Assembly (NCBI GenBank): GCA_963768055.1
Contig: CAVYGN010000001.1
Location: forward strand, 608,001-672,000
DNA from: an uncultured Spirochaetota bacterium
GTDB lineage: Bacteria; Spirochaetota; Brevinematia; Brevinematales; JAOACQ01
DNA length: 64,000 nucleotides
Reading direction: 5' to 3'
Shown: positions 1 through 10,797 of the stretch, piece by piece
How the letters are laid out: the number at the start of each line of letters is the position of its first letter
Numbering within the stretch: position 1 is the first letter of the stretch
Position numbers and translations under genes: made by a program
The notes under the pieces: model-generated
The model's input: the letters and a program-made list of their open reading frames with translations, nothing else
The model's database searches: none
What the model was told of the DNA's origin: nothing

Positions 1-2
1 TC

Positions 3-911
3 GATTTTGAGATGAATAACCCAATCATTTTACCAATGTCGGCGATTGATTCTGAAACAGTTATGTTTGATATAAATGGTATAACGAATTGCAATTTCAG
101 TAAACAATCAGGACAGCCTGTCTATTTTCAAAAACAACCAGTTTCTTATAATACATACCGAAAATCTTTTTTAAAAGTTCGGGAGCATTTTTTTCAAGGT
201 AATACTTATTTGCTGAATCTGACATTTCCGACAGAAATAAAATCGAATCTTTCTCTAAAAGAAATATATTCAAATAGCTTCGCTAAATATCGATTATATT
301 ATAAAGATAAATTCATTGTTTTTTCTCCTGAAACATTCATTAAAATAAATAACGGTAAAATATTCAGTTATCCTATGAAAGGAACCATTGATGCATCAAT
401 ACCCGATGCATATAATAAAATTCTGAAAGATGATAAAGAAATGGCAGAACATATTACAATTGTTGATTTAATAAGAAATGATTTGAATATGGTATCAAGA
501 AATGTTAATGTACTGAGGTTTAGATATGTAGAGAAAATATCAACAAATAGCAAGGACTTATATCAAGTCAGTTCGGAAATAATGGGTGAATTGGATAACA
601 ATTATAACGAAATAATAGGTAATATTATATTTTTTCTACTTCCTGCAGGGTCTATCAGTGGCGCTCCGAAGATAAAAACGATTGAAATTATAAAAGAAGT
701 AGAAAATTATAAGAGGGGTTATTATACCGGAGTATTTGGCTATTTTGATGGACATCAGTTGGATAGTGGAGTAATGATCCGTTTTATTGAAAAAGAACAA
801 AACAAGCTGATATATAAAAGCGGTGGAGGATTAACAATTTACAGCGATCTTAATAGTGAATATCAGGAAATGGTGGATAAGGTGTATGTGCCGATTAATA
901 GAGACAATTAA
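3..911 (+). CDS. pabB: Aminodeoxychorismate synthase component I (5' part outside window)
   Basis: Chorismate-binding motifs SPETF, PMKGT, EHITIVDLIRND, PAGSISGAPK, RGYYTG; frame open back to the window edge. Confidence 0.9.
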   Translation, partial: DFEMNNPIILPMSAIDSETVMFDINGITNCNFSKQSGQPVYFQKQPVSYNTYRKSFLKVREHFFQGNTYLLNLTFPTEIKSNLSLKEIYSNSFAKYRLYYKDKFIVFSPETFIKINNGKIFSYPMKGTIDASIPDAYNKILKDDKEMAEHITIVDLIRNDLNMVSRNVNVLRFRYVEKISTNSKDLYQVSSEIMGELDNNYNEIIGNIIFFLLPAGSISGAPKIKTIEIIKEVENYKRGYYTGVFGYFDGHQLDSGVMIRFIEKEQNKLIYKSGGGLTIYSDLNSEYQEMVDKVYVPINRDN

Positions 912-1482
912 AATATGCCAGTGTTGTTATTTGAATCTTAAACTTCATGAAAAAAGACTGAATATATCCAGGAAGGATATTTTTAAAAGCACAGATTGTA
1001 TAAATATCAGTCAATCCATTGAATTCCCAGAAAATTTAACAGAGGATATTTATAAATGCCGAATCATTTACGGAAAAAACATCGAACATTATGAATTTAT
1101 TCCATATGTAAAGAGAGAAATTAATAGTCTTAAGATTGTTTATGATGATGATATAGAATATAACCACAAATTTGAAGAAAGAAACCAATTCAACAATTTG
1201 TTCAATCTGCGGGAACATTGCAGTGATATTTTGATAGTAAAAAGAAATTTGATTACTGATACTTCTTTTTCAAACATTGTATTTTTCAACGGCAATAAAT
1301 GGATTACTCCAGCTCATCCTTTGTTAAAAGGCACAAAAAGGGAGCAATTATTAAACGAAGGAAAAATAAAAAAAGAAGAAATTATGATAGCGGATTTGAA
1401 AAGGTTTAAAAAAGCTTCGATTATTAATGCTATGCTTGAATTGGGTGAGATAGAAATCTTAATTGAAAATATAATTGAATAA
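886..1482 (+). CDS. Aminotransferase class IV / aminodeoxychorismate lyase (PabC-like)
   Basis: ETIK, ITDTSFSN, WITP..PLLKGTKR motifs; overlaps the pabB 3' end. Confidence 0.85.
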   Translation: MCRLIETIKICQCCYLNLKLHEKRLNISRKDIFKSTDCINISQSIEFPENLTEDIYKCRIIYGKNIEHYEFIPYVKREINSLKIVYDDDIEYNHKFEERNQFNNLFNLREHCSDILIVKRNLITDTSFSNIVFFNGNKWITPAHPLLKGTKREQLLNEGKIKKEEIMIADLKRFKKASIINAMLELGEIEILIENIIE

Positions 1483-1628
1483 GGATAAGCATGAAAGAAC
1501 TGGTTTATAAAAAAAAACAAAAATGGCAAATATTTGATGGATCACATTTTCATTAAAATATATTGGTTTCGGGCTCATTACAGCTTTACTTACCCTACTA
1601 TATTCAGATTCTTATTCTCCATTGATTT

Positions 1629-1657
1629 TTGATAAAAGTGCCAGGAGGGGATAGAAT
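1629..1657 (+). promoter_or_regulatory. Family-A repeated sigma70-like promoter, TTGATA-N17-TAGAAT
   Basis: ttgata aaagtgccaggagggga tagaat; related copies at 2048, 59294, 59977, 61158. Confidence 0.75.
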
Positions 1658-1690
1658 AAGTGAATCGTATATAAAATCAAAGGAGCCTTT

Positions 1691-2020
1691 ATGAAAATTG
1701 AAAATATTCCATTTATAATATCTGATTGGAATAAAGAAAATAGTCAGAGAATAAATGGAGAAAGCGGTTTTGCTGATATGAAAACATTTGAGCAAGGCAA
1801 TATCAGGGTTAGATTAGTTGAATATTCTCCTGATTACAAAGCAGACCATTGGTGTAAAAAAGGGCATATTGTTTTTATTCTTGAAGGTGAAGTAGCTATT
1901 AAAATAGACGATGGTAGAAAGTTTAAATTATCTAAGGGAATGAGTTTTCAAGTGGCAGACAATGTAGATGCTCATAAAGCTTTTTCAACGAATGGAGCGA
2001 AAGCATTTATTGTTGATTAA
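1691..2020 (+). CDS. DHCW-motif cupin-fold protein
   Basis: ADHWCKKGH motif, RBS aaggag. Confidence 0.9.
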   Translation: MKIENIPFIISDWNKENSQRINGESGFADMKTFEQGNIRVRLVEYSPDYKADHWCKKGHIVFILEGEVAIKIDDGRKFKLSKGMSFQVADNVDAHKAFSTNGAKAFIVD

Positions 2021-2047
2021 AAGCTCCCCCCTTTGCTTTGCCTTCCT

Positions 2048-2076
2048 TTGATAAAAGTGTGGGAAGGGGATAGAAT
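2048..2076 (+). promoter_or_regulatory. Family-A repeated promoter
   Basis: ttgata aaagtgtgggaagggga tagaat, 17-nt spacer. Confidence 0.75.
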
Positions 2077-2112
2077 AAGGGAATGTAAGCAAATAAATTT
2101 TAAGGGGAAGAT

Positions 2113-2478
2113 ATGAAAATAAAAACACGAGAACAAATTCCATCTGAAGCAATTGTTGAGCGTTATGGTGTCAATAAAGAGCTTGTGATTGGGGAATATG
2201 ATGATTCAAACCAGATTGTATTAAGAATAATAAGCCTTGATGTAAACAAATTTATTCCTGTCCATATACATAATTTTCCCCATATCTGGAAAATTGAAAA
2301 AGGCATTGGCTTATTAACTGATAATGATGGTATTGAACATAGAGTAGAGCCAGGGCAATTTCTTTTTATTAAAAATAATGAAAAACATGGTATTAGAAAC
2401 ATTGGGGATGATAAACTTGAATATTTATGCTTCGGGACAATTGAAAGCGAAAAAATAGCTCCTCAAAAAGCTGATTAA
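2113..2478 (+). CDS. Cupin domain protein
   Basis: PVHIH..H, PGQ..I..NEKHGIRN cupin motifs. Confidence 0.85.
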   Translation: MKIKTREQIPSEAIVERYGVNKELVIGEYDDSNQIVLRIISLDVNKFIPVHIHNFPHIWKIEKGIGLLTDNDGIEHRVEPGQFLFIKNNEKHGIRNIGDDKLEYLCFGTIESEKIAPQKAD

Positions 2479-2808
2479 AAGATTTTTAGAGTATTAATGG
2501 TTCGATTATACTGGAGGCATGATGAGTAATGAAATACAATCTCTTGGATCTAATCCTACTGGTTTAAAAGGAAAATTTGCTGGTATTTTAATGAATATTA
2601 TTCATGGCAGGCAATATAAAAAAATCATTAAAAAACACATACTGAAAAGAGTTAATTCAATAGAGAAGATTAAAATATTAGATGTTGGTTGCGGGGGAGG
2701 GAAAGCGATATATATTCTTTCTACATTATTTATGAATTCAAAAGTATATGGCATTGACCATCCCCGTGTGTTAGGATAGTTGTCGCCTAAAATATTAGGG
2801 GATAAAAA

Positions 2809-3288
2809 ATGAATAGTCAAATTCATTCAGAGGAATTCAGAAAAGCTATTGTTCAAAAGATGTGTGTGCCTGGCGGTAAAACGGTCATAGAACTGAGCCG
2901 GGAAATAGGAGTGTGTGAACAGACCCTTTACAATTGGAGGAAAATGATTCAGAATAATTTATCCAGACATCAGGAACGAAGCCCGCGAGGATGGAAAATT
3001 TCTGATAAATATCAGGCAATATTGGACACGGCAGGCCAATCGGGAGAAGAATTAGGGCAATGGCTGCGGAAGAACGGCCTCCAGACAACACATATTGACA
3101 TCTGGAAAAAGGAGTGTTTATCAGTGCTATCAAATGACTCATACAAAGAGGAAAACAGACAATTGAAATTAAGGAACATGGAATTAGAAAAGGAAATTGA
3201 TCGTAAGGATAAGGCCCTTGCCGAGGTTACTGCCCTGCTGGTTCTTAAAAAAAAACTGAACAAGCTATTCGGCAAAGAGGAAGATTAA
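2809..3288 (+). CDS. IS3 transposase OrfA (HTH)
   Basis: HTH SREIGVCEQTLYNWR; A9C slippery run near the end, with the -1 frame open into orfB. Confidence 0.9.
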   Translation: MNSQIHSEEFRKAIVQKMCVPGGKTVIELSREIGVCEQTLYNWRKMIQNNLSRHQERSPRGWKISDKYQAILDTAGQSGEELGQWLRKNGLQTTHIDIWKKECLSVLSNDSYKEENRQLKLRNMELEKEIDRKDKALAEVTALLVLKKKLNKLFGKEED

Positions 3289-3293
3289 CTCCT

Positions 3294-4322
3294 GTGGATA
3301 TAAGAATAAATATTTGTGACTTGATTAATGAGGCTGTTTCATCAGGGTCTAGCAGGGATAAGGCTTGTGAAGAATCAGGCTATGACATAAGGACCATACA
3401 GCGATGGGATAAAAAACTGGGAGAAGACGGGAGAAAAAACCGGACAGCAATGCCTACGAATGCCCTGTCGGCAGAAGAACGGGAAGAGATCATCTCCTGC
3501 TGCTGTAGTGAGAGATTTAGAGATATGACGCCGAATGAAATAGTGCCACTATTGGCAGAGGAAGGGCGATATATAGCATCAGAATCATCTTTTTACCGTG
3601 AACTTAAAGCAAGAGATATGCTTCACCATAGATCCGAGACCAAGCCCAGGACGGCAAGAAAAACGCCAAGAGAATTAGAAGCGACAGGCCCTAATCAGGT
3701 ATGGAGCTGGGATATTACTTATATATCCAGTCATATCAAGGGTAAATACTTCTATCTATATCTGTTTGAGGATGTCTGGAGCCGTAAGATAGTCGGCTGG
3801 AAAATGCAAGAGGAGGAAAGTTCTGATCATGCCGCAAGGATGATGGCAGAGATCGGAGAAACTATTGATTTGAAAGGATTGTATTTACATTCTGATAATG
3901 GCTCTCCTATGAAAGGCGCTACGATGTTATCGACCTTGCAGAGGCTTCAGGTTATGCCGTCTTTTTCAAGACCGAGCGTAAGTAACGATAACCCTTACTC
4001 AGAATCATTGTTTAAAACTTTGAAATATAATGTGAAATACCCCGGCTATTTTGAGACTATGGAAGCGGCAGAAATATGGATGCAAAATTTTGTAGACTGG
4101 TATAACAATAAGCATCTTCATTCAGGGATTGGATATGTTACACCTGCACAAAGACATGACGGTAAAGATAAAGCGATACTCCTGAAGAGAGCGGAAACTT
4201 ATGAAGCGGCTAAAAGCAGGCATCCTGAAAGATGGTCGGGAGAATCAAGAAAATGGGAACGAATAGAATCGGTATTTTTAAACCCGAGTAAGACTAACAA
4301 GGAATCGTTGATTGCAGCGTAA
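3294..4322 (+). CDS. IS3 transposase OrfB (DDE/rve)
   Basis: WSWDITY, HSDNG, DNPYSESLFKTLK, YN..HLHSGIGYVTP. Confidence 0.95.
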   Translation: MDIRINICDLINEAVSSGSSRDKACEESGYDIRTIQRWDKKLGEDGRKNRTAMPTNALSAEEREEIISCCCSERFRDMTPNEIVPLLAEEGRYIASESSFYRELKARDMLHHRSETKPRTARKTPRELEATGPNQVWSWDITYISSHIKGKYFYLYLFEDVWSRKIVGWKMQEEESSDHAARMMAEIGETIDLKGLYLHSDNGSPMKGATMLSTLQRLQVMPSFSRPSVSNDNPYSESLFKTLKYNVKYPGYFETMEAAEIWMQNFVDWYNNKHLHSGIGYVTPAQRHDGKDKAILLKRAETYEAAKSRHPERWSGESRKWERIESVFLNPSKTNKESLIAA

Positions 4323-4784
4323 AATAAAAGCGACAACTCCCTTGACAAAATCCGCCATTCATCAGATATGGTGAATCTTTCGAACAAAGTCAATAGAAAA
4401 ATAATTCAAGAAGGTTCTGTAGAAATATCTCAAAGTGATATAACCTCTCTTCCATTCACCAATGGATATTTTGATACTATAACGGCTTTTGATACTATAA
4501 ATTTCTGGAATGATTTTAATAAAGCTATTTCTGAAATAATAAGAGTATTGAAAAAAGGCGGGGCTTTCATTATAGTAAACGCTTATCCAAAAGAAGGGAC
4601 AAAATGGTGGGATTTTGTAAAATTTAAAAATGATAGTGAATATCGGGAAGCAATGGCAAAACATAATTTTACGGATATCAATATTACTGTCGAAAAAAAC
4701 ACTATAATAATACAAGCGACAAAGTAATATACACAACAGGGAAGTCAAAAGATTATTATTATCCCTGCATGTTAGGAGTTGATC

Positions 4785-5105
4785 ATGAAATTTGGAATAA
4801 TACTTGAAACAAAGGAATATGAAAAAGCCTGGAATGCTTTCCGTTTTGCTATCTCCTCAAAAAAGAACGGGCATGAAGTAAAGGTATTCCTCATGGGTGA
4901 TGCTGTTGAATGCGAAGGTTTGACCCATGAAAAATATAATGTCGATGAGCAATTGAAAAACTTTGTCAAGGAAGGCGGCGAAATTCTCGCTTGCGGAACA
5001 TGCTTAAAATCAAGAAATATGGAAGGTTCTGATTCTTGTCCTATGTCGACAATGGTCGATTGTGTCAGTATGGTTGAATGGGCAGATAAAACTATTACAT
5101 TTTAA
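4785..5105 (+). CDS. DsrE family protein
   Basis: VFLMGDAVE, LACGTCLKSR. Confidence 0.85.
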   Translation: MKFGIILETKEYEKAWNAFRFAISSKKNGHEVKVFLMGDAVECEGLTHEKYNVDEQLKNFVKEGGEILACGTCLKSRNMEGSDSCPMSTMVDCVSMVEWADKTITF

Positions 5106-5137
5106 AGAAGCATATATTTTTAATAGGGTAATTTTTT

Positions 5138-5771
5138 ATGGATAATAAAAAGTTGTGGAATTTTGCATTATTACTTTCTGTAATTACAGTATTCTATAAC
5201 CTTCTTGAAGGAATTAGTATCAGTATATTTCGGTGTCGCCGATGAAACATTATCGCTGTTCGGTTTCGGTCTGGATTCCTTTATTGAAGTAATGTCTGGC
5301 ATTGGTGTGTGGCATATGATTATCCGCATAAAAATGAATAATAATGAAAGCAGTGATAATTTTGAAAAAACAGCGCTAAAAATAACAGGCATATCATTTT
5401 ATATTTTGACAGTCGGATTATTACTCACCATTGCCTATAACATTTATACAGGACATAAGCCTCAAACAACTTTTTGGGGAATAGTTATTTCACTGATTTC
5501 AATGGTTGCTATGATCTTTCTAATGTTATTTAAATTGAATGTTGGAAGAAAATTAAAATCAGATGCTGTTATCGCGGATGCTAAATGTTCCAGGACTTGC
5601 CTATACTTGTCAGTGATACTCCTGGTAACAAGCGTTTTATTCCAGATTTTTAAGATCGGTTATATTGATACTATAGGTGCGGTAGGGATAGCTTATTATG
5701 CTTTTAGAGAGGGGAAAGAATCGATGAATAAAGCGAAGGGTAAAAAGTGTGATTGCTGTAAAGATGATTAA
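5138..5771 (+). CDS. Cation-efflux-family membrane protein with a 1-nt frameshift near 5213
   Basis: MDNKKLWNFALLLSVITVFYNLLEG joins LVSVYFG...SLFGFGLDSFIE if one base is removed. Confidence 0.75.
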
Positions 5772-5785
5772 TACCTTCCTTTCCC

Positions 5786-5827
5786 CATCTTTCATTTCGC
5801 CCACACTTCTTTCGATAATTAATTCAC
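5786..5827 (+). repeat. Family-B promoter-like repeat CATCTTTCATTT-N-GATAATTAATTCACA
   Basis: Direct copy at 6602-6644; partial copies near 48160 and 62660; TTCATT-N17-GATAAT spacing. Confidence 0.65.
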
Positions 5828-5971
5828 AACAATAATAGGAGTTTCCAAAATGGATGAAGGTAAAATTTTAGAATCAGATATGATCGATTTAAAAACGGCT
5901 GCAAAAAGTATTGGCAGGTAAAGTATTGGGATAATATATTTATTCAAACAATTATATTTGAGGTAAATAAA

Positions 5972-6577
5972 ATGCAAAATCAAATTCGAAAAGGTAAAAA
6001 TGAAATATTCCATAAATATCTTTATGAAGAAAAATTAAAACATAAAGATCATCGTTTTAATCTTATCTCTATGAAAATGATATTTGTAGCCTCTTTATTT
6101 GGAATTAGTTCAATCCCAATTTGTGGAACGATAGGACAACTATTTTTTATCTTATTGCTTGTACCTGTGTTATGTTTTTCTACAGATATATATATTCTTG
6201 CAGAAGATTATAAGGTAAAAAGAATTGGAAAATTTATTAGAGAAAATTATATATATTTTTCTAAAGTAGAATTTATATGGGAGTACTCATTAAGTTGTAA
6301 AAATAACAGAATGAGGGAAAAATTTAGTAAAATAAATTCATTTATAGTGTCATGTCTCTTGGGTCTTTTTGGACTACTATTTTATATAAAGTTTTCAAAG
6401 TTATTAGATAGTTTAATAATTTCTGATATAAGAAATGAAGAACATATCGGTTTTTATATATATGTAATAGAGTTTATTATATTTGCTGTAATAATTATTA
6501 TTATTAAAAATTTAAATGAAAAAAAAATTGAAGATTGTAATAGCTCTGAAAAGAATGATTTAAAGACTGAACAATGA
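5972..6577 (+). CDS. Hypothetical 4-TM membrane protein
   Basis: Hydrophobic segments; RBS gaggt. Confidence 0.7.
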   Translation: MQNQIRKGKNEIFHKYLYEEKLKHKDHRFNLISMKMIFVASLFGISSIPICGTIGQLFFILLLVPVLCFSTDIYILAEDYKVKRIGKFIRENYIYFSKVEFIWEYSLSCKNNRMREKFSKINSFIVSCLLGLFGLLFYIKFSKLLDSLIISDIRNEEHIGFYIYVIEFIIFAVIIIIIKNLNEKKIEDCNSSEKNDLKTEQ

Positions 6578-6601
6578 CCGTCTTAATTCCTTTTCTAACC
6601 T

Positions 6602-6644
6602 CATCTTTCATTTCCCCCTCAATTTTTACGATAATTAATTCACA
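6602..6644 (+). repeat. Family-B promoter-like repeat, copy 2
   Basis: catctttcatttccccctcaatttttacgataattaattcaca. Confidence 0.65.
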
Positions 6645-6667
6645 TAAATTATTTGAGGAGATGTGAT

Positions 6668-6925
6668 ATGCCAGGAAAAAGAAGAACTGCTGAAGAAATG
6701 ATTAAGATCTACAATGAGAAAATTAAAGCACTGAAACAGAAGCAGACTTTAGAAGCCAAAAAGGAAGATAAGAAGTGGGTTAAAATTGACCCTAAAATTG
6801 GCGCTTATGTACGTGAACTTGCAATGAAGAATTTTGAAGGAATTACAGTCGATAATCTGAAAGTTGAAATAAAGAAGATGATGACACCGAAAAAGAGGGG
6901 ACCAAGTAAGGAGAAGAAAGCCTAA
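6668..6925 (+). CDS. Small basic coiled-coil protein, possibly DNA-binding
   Basis: RBS gaggag; Lys-rich MPGKRRTAEEMIK... Confidence 0.7.
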   Translation: MPGKRRTAEEMIKIYNEKIKALKQKQTLEAKKEDKKWVKIDPKIGAYVRELAMKNFEGITVDNLKVEIKKMMTPKKRGPSKEKKA

Positions 6926-7503
6926 AGTGAAGAAAGCGGAAGGGGAAGCTGAACAGACACAGAAGGCGGAATAAGGGGAATTTAATAAGCAGGCTATATA
7001 AAAATGAAGAACCATCCACTACATTTAAAAATCGGTGAAAAGTTAGAATCTTTATTTAATCTACCACATTATATTCTTCTTATTGATCCTGCTTGTGGTG
7101 GTCATCAATATATTTCCCTATTTATCAATAAAATGAATAGAGAAAACGCTATGTGTAAAGTAGATGCAATGATTGTAAAAGACACAAATATTTTAGCGAT
7201 CATTGAAATTGAGGAATCTGGTCTTAATCCTACAAAAATTTGTGGAAAATATTTAGCGGCGGCATTATCAAAATTCTATATTCATAATGGAGTAAAGTAT
7301 TCTCTTTCAAAAGACACAGCATTTTTTCAAATAATTGATATAAGTAAATTAAACAAACAGAATACTTCAAAAAAAGAACAAACTAAATATATTGAGAAAT
7401 CAATCCAATCCATAAATAGTACAGGTATCATTAAAAATTATTCCATCGATTGCATTGATGGTAACGATGATGAAATAACGCTTTCAAAAATAGTGAAAAA
7501 AAT

Positions 7504-8780
7504 CATTGCTGTCCAAATCAAATTCAGGAAAAGTTTAAAAACAATTGCGGATTTATCGGCTTAGAAGATTTTTGATGAAATGGAGCATTCAGCCAATCCC
7601 ACAAATTTCTACGGGCAAACAGGTTTGTCGGGAGCACCGAGCAGAGGGTATAAACCGACCATTGGAAGCTTGATTTGAATTTCAAATAACTCAGCATCAA
7701 ATAAGCGATCAAAGCGACCCATAATTGGGACAGCAACGCATTCCTAGACGTCCCCACGAAGCTCTTAACAATTAACTGCTGCTTGATCGTTTTGAAGAAT
7801 AATTCTATCTGCCACCTGTCTTTATATATTTTGGCGATAGTCAATGCAGACCAATCGAAGTTATTAGTTATGAGTATGATGCTTTTTCCTGTTTCAGAAT
7901 CGACCGACCTTATTCGCCTCAACATGCCTGGATATTTCTTGGTGGAATTAAAGCCAGTCCATTCGATATTCTGATCGGAAGTTATATTCGGATGACTGGA
8001 AACGTCAAAGCGTTCTAAAACCCTGTATTGAGAATTAGTTTTTAAACGGGTAACAAAGAATACACCAGCATTATCAAGGGCTTTCAGCCATTCAAATTTA
8101 TTGTAGCCTCTGTCAAAAACAACGACATCGTCTTTTTCAAAAGGTATGGAAAGAGCCGCTTTTTGCTCATGAACATTCCCCTCAGTCATAATGACAAAAG
8201 AAGGCAGATACCCCGAATGATTAAGTTTAACATGTAATTTAACCGCTCCTTTTTTCTTTCGAAAAGTCGCCCAATTATAGAGAGATAGGCACAAGTTAAT
8301 TGTCGTAGCATCCAGACTATAGAGAGGATTTTTAAAACGAAAGTTATGGCGGGGTGCAATTTCCTGACATTTGGACAGCATCAGGTTGAATATAGACTGA
8401 AACAGTTCGTGGGTTCTATGCTCATTAGCATATGCAAGGGTTGATCGATGGATTGGCTTAATTCCAAGATGATAAAGGCAGGAAGCCTGAGTCGCCAATC
8501 CTGCCTCGATTCCTCGCAGGCTGTCTTGACCTGCCAATTGGCCGAAAAGCATAGCCGTAAAATGATTCCAAGAAGTGAAGCCTCGGGCATAATACTCGGT
8601 GCCTGCCTCTTGAACGGCATTTTGAAATTCAAATCTCGGGATCATTTGCAATAACTGTCCGATTATGGTAGAATTGTTCATAAAGCCTAATCTCCTTATT
8701 ATATAATGATTTAGGTTTGCCGACCCAAATTATTATAAGGCATGATTAGGCTTTTTCATAATTTAATTTGGACACGTGTG
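7504..8780 (-). mobile_element. IS4-family insertion sequence
   Basis: IRs CATTGCTGTCCAAATCAAATT and (reverse complement) CACACGTGTCCAAATTAAATT; 9-bp duplication GAAAAAAAT (7495-7503 and 8781-8789). Confidence 0.9.
7524..8681 (-). CDS. IS4 family transposase (DUF4372 + DDE_Tnp_1)
   Basis: SLDATTI, VFDRGY, YKDRWQIELFFKTIKQ (YREK-like). Confidence 0.95.
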   Translation of the reverse strand: MNNSTIIGQLLQMIPRFEFQNAVQEAGTEYYARGFTSWNHFTAMLFGQLAGQDSLRGIEAGLATQASCLYHLGIKPIHRSTLAYANEHRTHELFQSIFNLMLSKCQEIAPRHNFRFKNPLYSLDATTINLCLSLYNWATFRKKKGAVKLHVKLNHSGYLPSFVIMTEGNVHEQKAALSIPFEKDDVVVFDRGYNKFEWLKALDNAGVFFVTRLKTNSQYRVLERFDVSSHPNITSDQNIEWTGFNSTKKYPGMLRRIRSVDSETGKSIILITNNFDWSALTIAKIYKDRWQIELFFKTIKQQLIVKSFVGTSRNALLSQLWVALIAYLMLSYLKFKSSFQWSVYTLCSVLPTNLFARRNLWDWLNAPFHQKSSKPINPQLFLNFS

Positions 8781-8915
8781 GAAAAAAATAAATAATTATT
8801 GTTTGAAATGACAAGATTGGATGTGTTTTATTGATTAAAATCTTCTCTCTATTTATGATTCTAGTAATCTATTACCCATGTTATATTTGGGAATAATGAT
8901 GATGGGGGGTAATTT

Positions 8916-10391
8916 ATGAATTCTCCTATTAATCTGAATAAACTTAATTTTGGCGCTCCTGCTGCTGAACGTGATATCAATCAAGGATTAAAAACTTATT
9001 TTTACGAATCAGAATCATATAAGAAGCTTAGAGATGGATTAAAAACAGTTATTCTTGGGAATAGAGGTTCTGGTAAAAGTGCATTATTTAAAATGTTAGC
9101 TGAAGAAGAAAAATCTAAGGGTCATATTGTTATTGAATTGGCTCCTGAAGACTATTCATATGAAATTTTGAGTCAGGTATTGGTAAAAGAAAGAGAGGGA
9201 TCATGGGCTAAACAAGGAGCTTTTGCGGCTTCTTGGAAATTTATGATTTATGTTATTTCAATGAAAATGTTGGCAGAGAAAGACAATACATGGTTAAAAA
9301 GAAATGCTAAAAAAATTCATAACTATTTATCTGAAAATTATATAGGTGAACAACACACTAAATTTGATGCTCTGATATCTTATCTTAAACGTATTGAAGG
9401 TATTAAAATTGGACCATATGAAGCATCTGCTAAAACAAGAGAACTTCAACATCTCTATAAATTAGAGGAAATTAATGGTCTTCTTCTTGAGTTGAAAATA
9501 GCTTGTAATAAGTTTCCTATATCAATTTTTATTGATGAACTAGACCGTGGATGGGATTCTTCTGAAGATGCAAAGGCTTTTGTGGCTGGTCTTTTCCAAG
9601 CCGCTCTTTCAGTAAATCAATTAACATCAAAACTTAAAGTTTATATATCACTAAGAAAAGAATTGTATGATAATATTCCTGCACTATATGAGGATGCTCA
9701 AAAAGTCTTAGATTTGTTTGAAATAATTGAATGGGATGAAGATAGCCTTTTGAAAATGATTGTTAAACGTATTGAATACTCTTTTCCAGAATTGAAAAGT
9801 AAAACAGATATTGAAAAGTGGGTATCAATATTTTCGGAAACATTAGAGTATAGACAAACAAAATCTTTTAATTATTTAATTGATAGAACTTTATATAGAC
9901 CACGTGAAATGATTCAGTTTTGTACAAATATAAAAGAAAAAGCAATTGAGAATAGATCATATCCTATTGATTATGAAACAATATCTTTAGCAGAAAATTT
10001 ATATTCAGGAAACATGACAAAAGATATTGCTTCTGAATATCGTTTTCAATATCCTGGTCTGTTAAGTGTTTTTGAAACATTTAGAGGTAAAAGTTATAAT
10101 TTTAGTAGAGATGAGCTTGAATTACATTGTCTTTCTTTAATATGCGGTGAAATAAATATTAGTAATGAAGCTTCATGGATACAAAATCAAGAGCCTGATT
10201 TATTAATCACTGTGTTATGGAATGTGGGTTTTATTAGAGCACAAGCTGTTGGAGGAATTAAGGCAAAAAGGAGAAGTGGAAGTTCATATCTTGGTTCGTA
10301 TCAACTTTCTAATTTGAACTTAAATAATATAAATAATTTTCATATTCACCCTATGTTTAGAGTATTTTTAGGGTTAAAAGAATCAAAATAA
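8916..10391 (+). CDS. P-loop ATPase, Sll1717-like family
   Basis: FG..AAE.D N-terminus, Walker A GNRGSGKS, Walker B IFIDELD, RTLYRPRE, C-terminal IHPMFR. Confidence 0.8.
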   Translation: MNSPINLNKLNFGAPAAERDINQGLKTYFYESESYKKLRDGLKTVILGNRGSGKSALFKMLAEEEKSKGHIVIELAPEDYSYEILSQVLVKEREGSWAKQGAFAASWKFMIYVISMKMLAEKDNTWLKRNAKKIHNYLSENYIGEQHTKFDALISYLKRIEGIKIGPYEASAKTRELQHLYKLEEINGLLLELKIACNKFPISIFIDELDRGWDSSEDAKAFVAGLFQAALSVNQLTSKLKVYISLRKELYDNIPALYEDAQKVLDLFEIIEWDEDSLLKMIVKRIEYSFPELKSKTDIEKWVSIFSETLEYRQTKSFNYLIDRTLYRPREMIQFCTNIKEKAIENRSYPIDYETISLAENLYSGNMTKDIASEYRFQYPGLLSVFETFRGKSYNFSRDELELHCLSLICGEINISNEASWIQNQEPDLLITVLWNVGFIRAQAVGGIKAKRRSGSSYLGSYQLSNLNLNNINNFHIHPMFRVFLGLKESK

Positions 10392-10797
10392 TAGTACATT
10401 TTGATCCATCTTCTCCCTAGCCCCTTTTATTTTATTTACCAATCAAGATTATATATCTGCATTTTACACACATCCATAAATTCATTGCGATAAGCTATTG
10501 AAAGATTTTTGAAGCGGGGGTATAATATGGAGAAAGGTTTTAAATTTTAGGATTTGATAATGAATAAGATTAAAATAACAGAAAAAGTTAAATAAAAATA
10601 ATAAAATAGTTGAAAATAATATTTTTAATAGTTTTAAACGATTTATTCTTTACTGAAAAAGAATTACATTCCTATTTTCATCATTTGTTTGTCGTTTATG
10701 ATTAATTCTTTATTATAGATTTAGAATCGCTTAGTAGATAGCTTTAAGAAGAGAAATGACGAGTTACAGAGCCAAAGTAAATATTTATGGAGGTGAT

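Larger units (their letters stand above)
2762..4354 (+). mobile_element. IS3-family insertion sequence, copy 1
   Basis: 4-bp target duplication CCAT (2758-2761 and 4355-4358); inverted repeats tgttaggatagttgtcgc / gcgacaactcccttgaca; orfA plus orfB. Confidence 0.95.
2519..4727 (+). pseudogene. Class I SAM-dependent methyltransferase interrupted by IS3
   Basis: 5' part has LDVGCGGG...GIDH; the frame resumes after the IS as SSDMV...LPF..GYFD...LKKGG. Confidence 0.9.
7004..8811 (+). pseudogene. Putative PD-(D/E)XK-like protein with its last codons displaced by IS4
   Basis: KVDAMIV...IIEIEES motif; native end VKKINNYCLK* is rebuilt across the IS4 target duplication. Confidence 0.6.
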
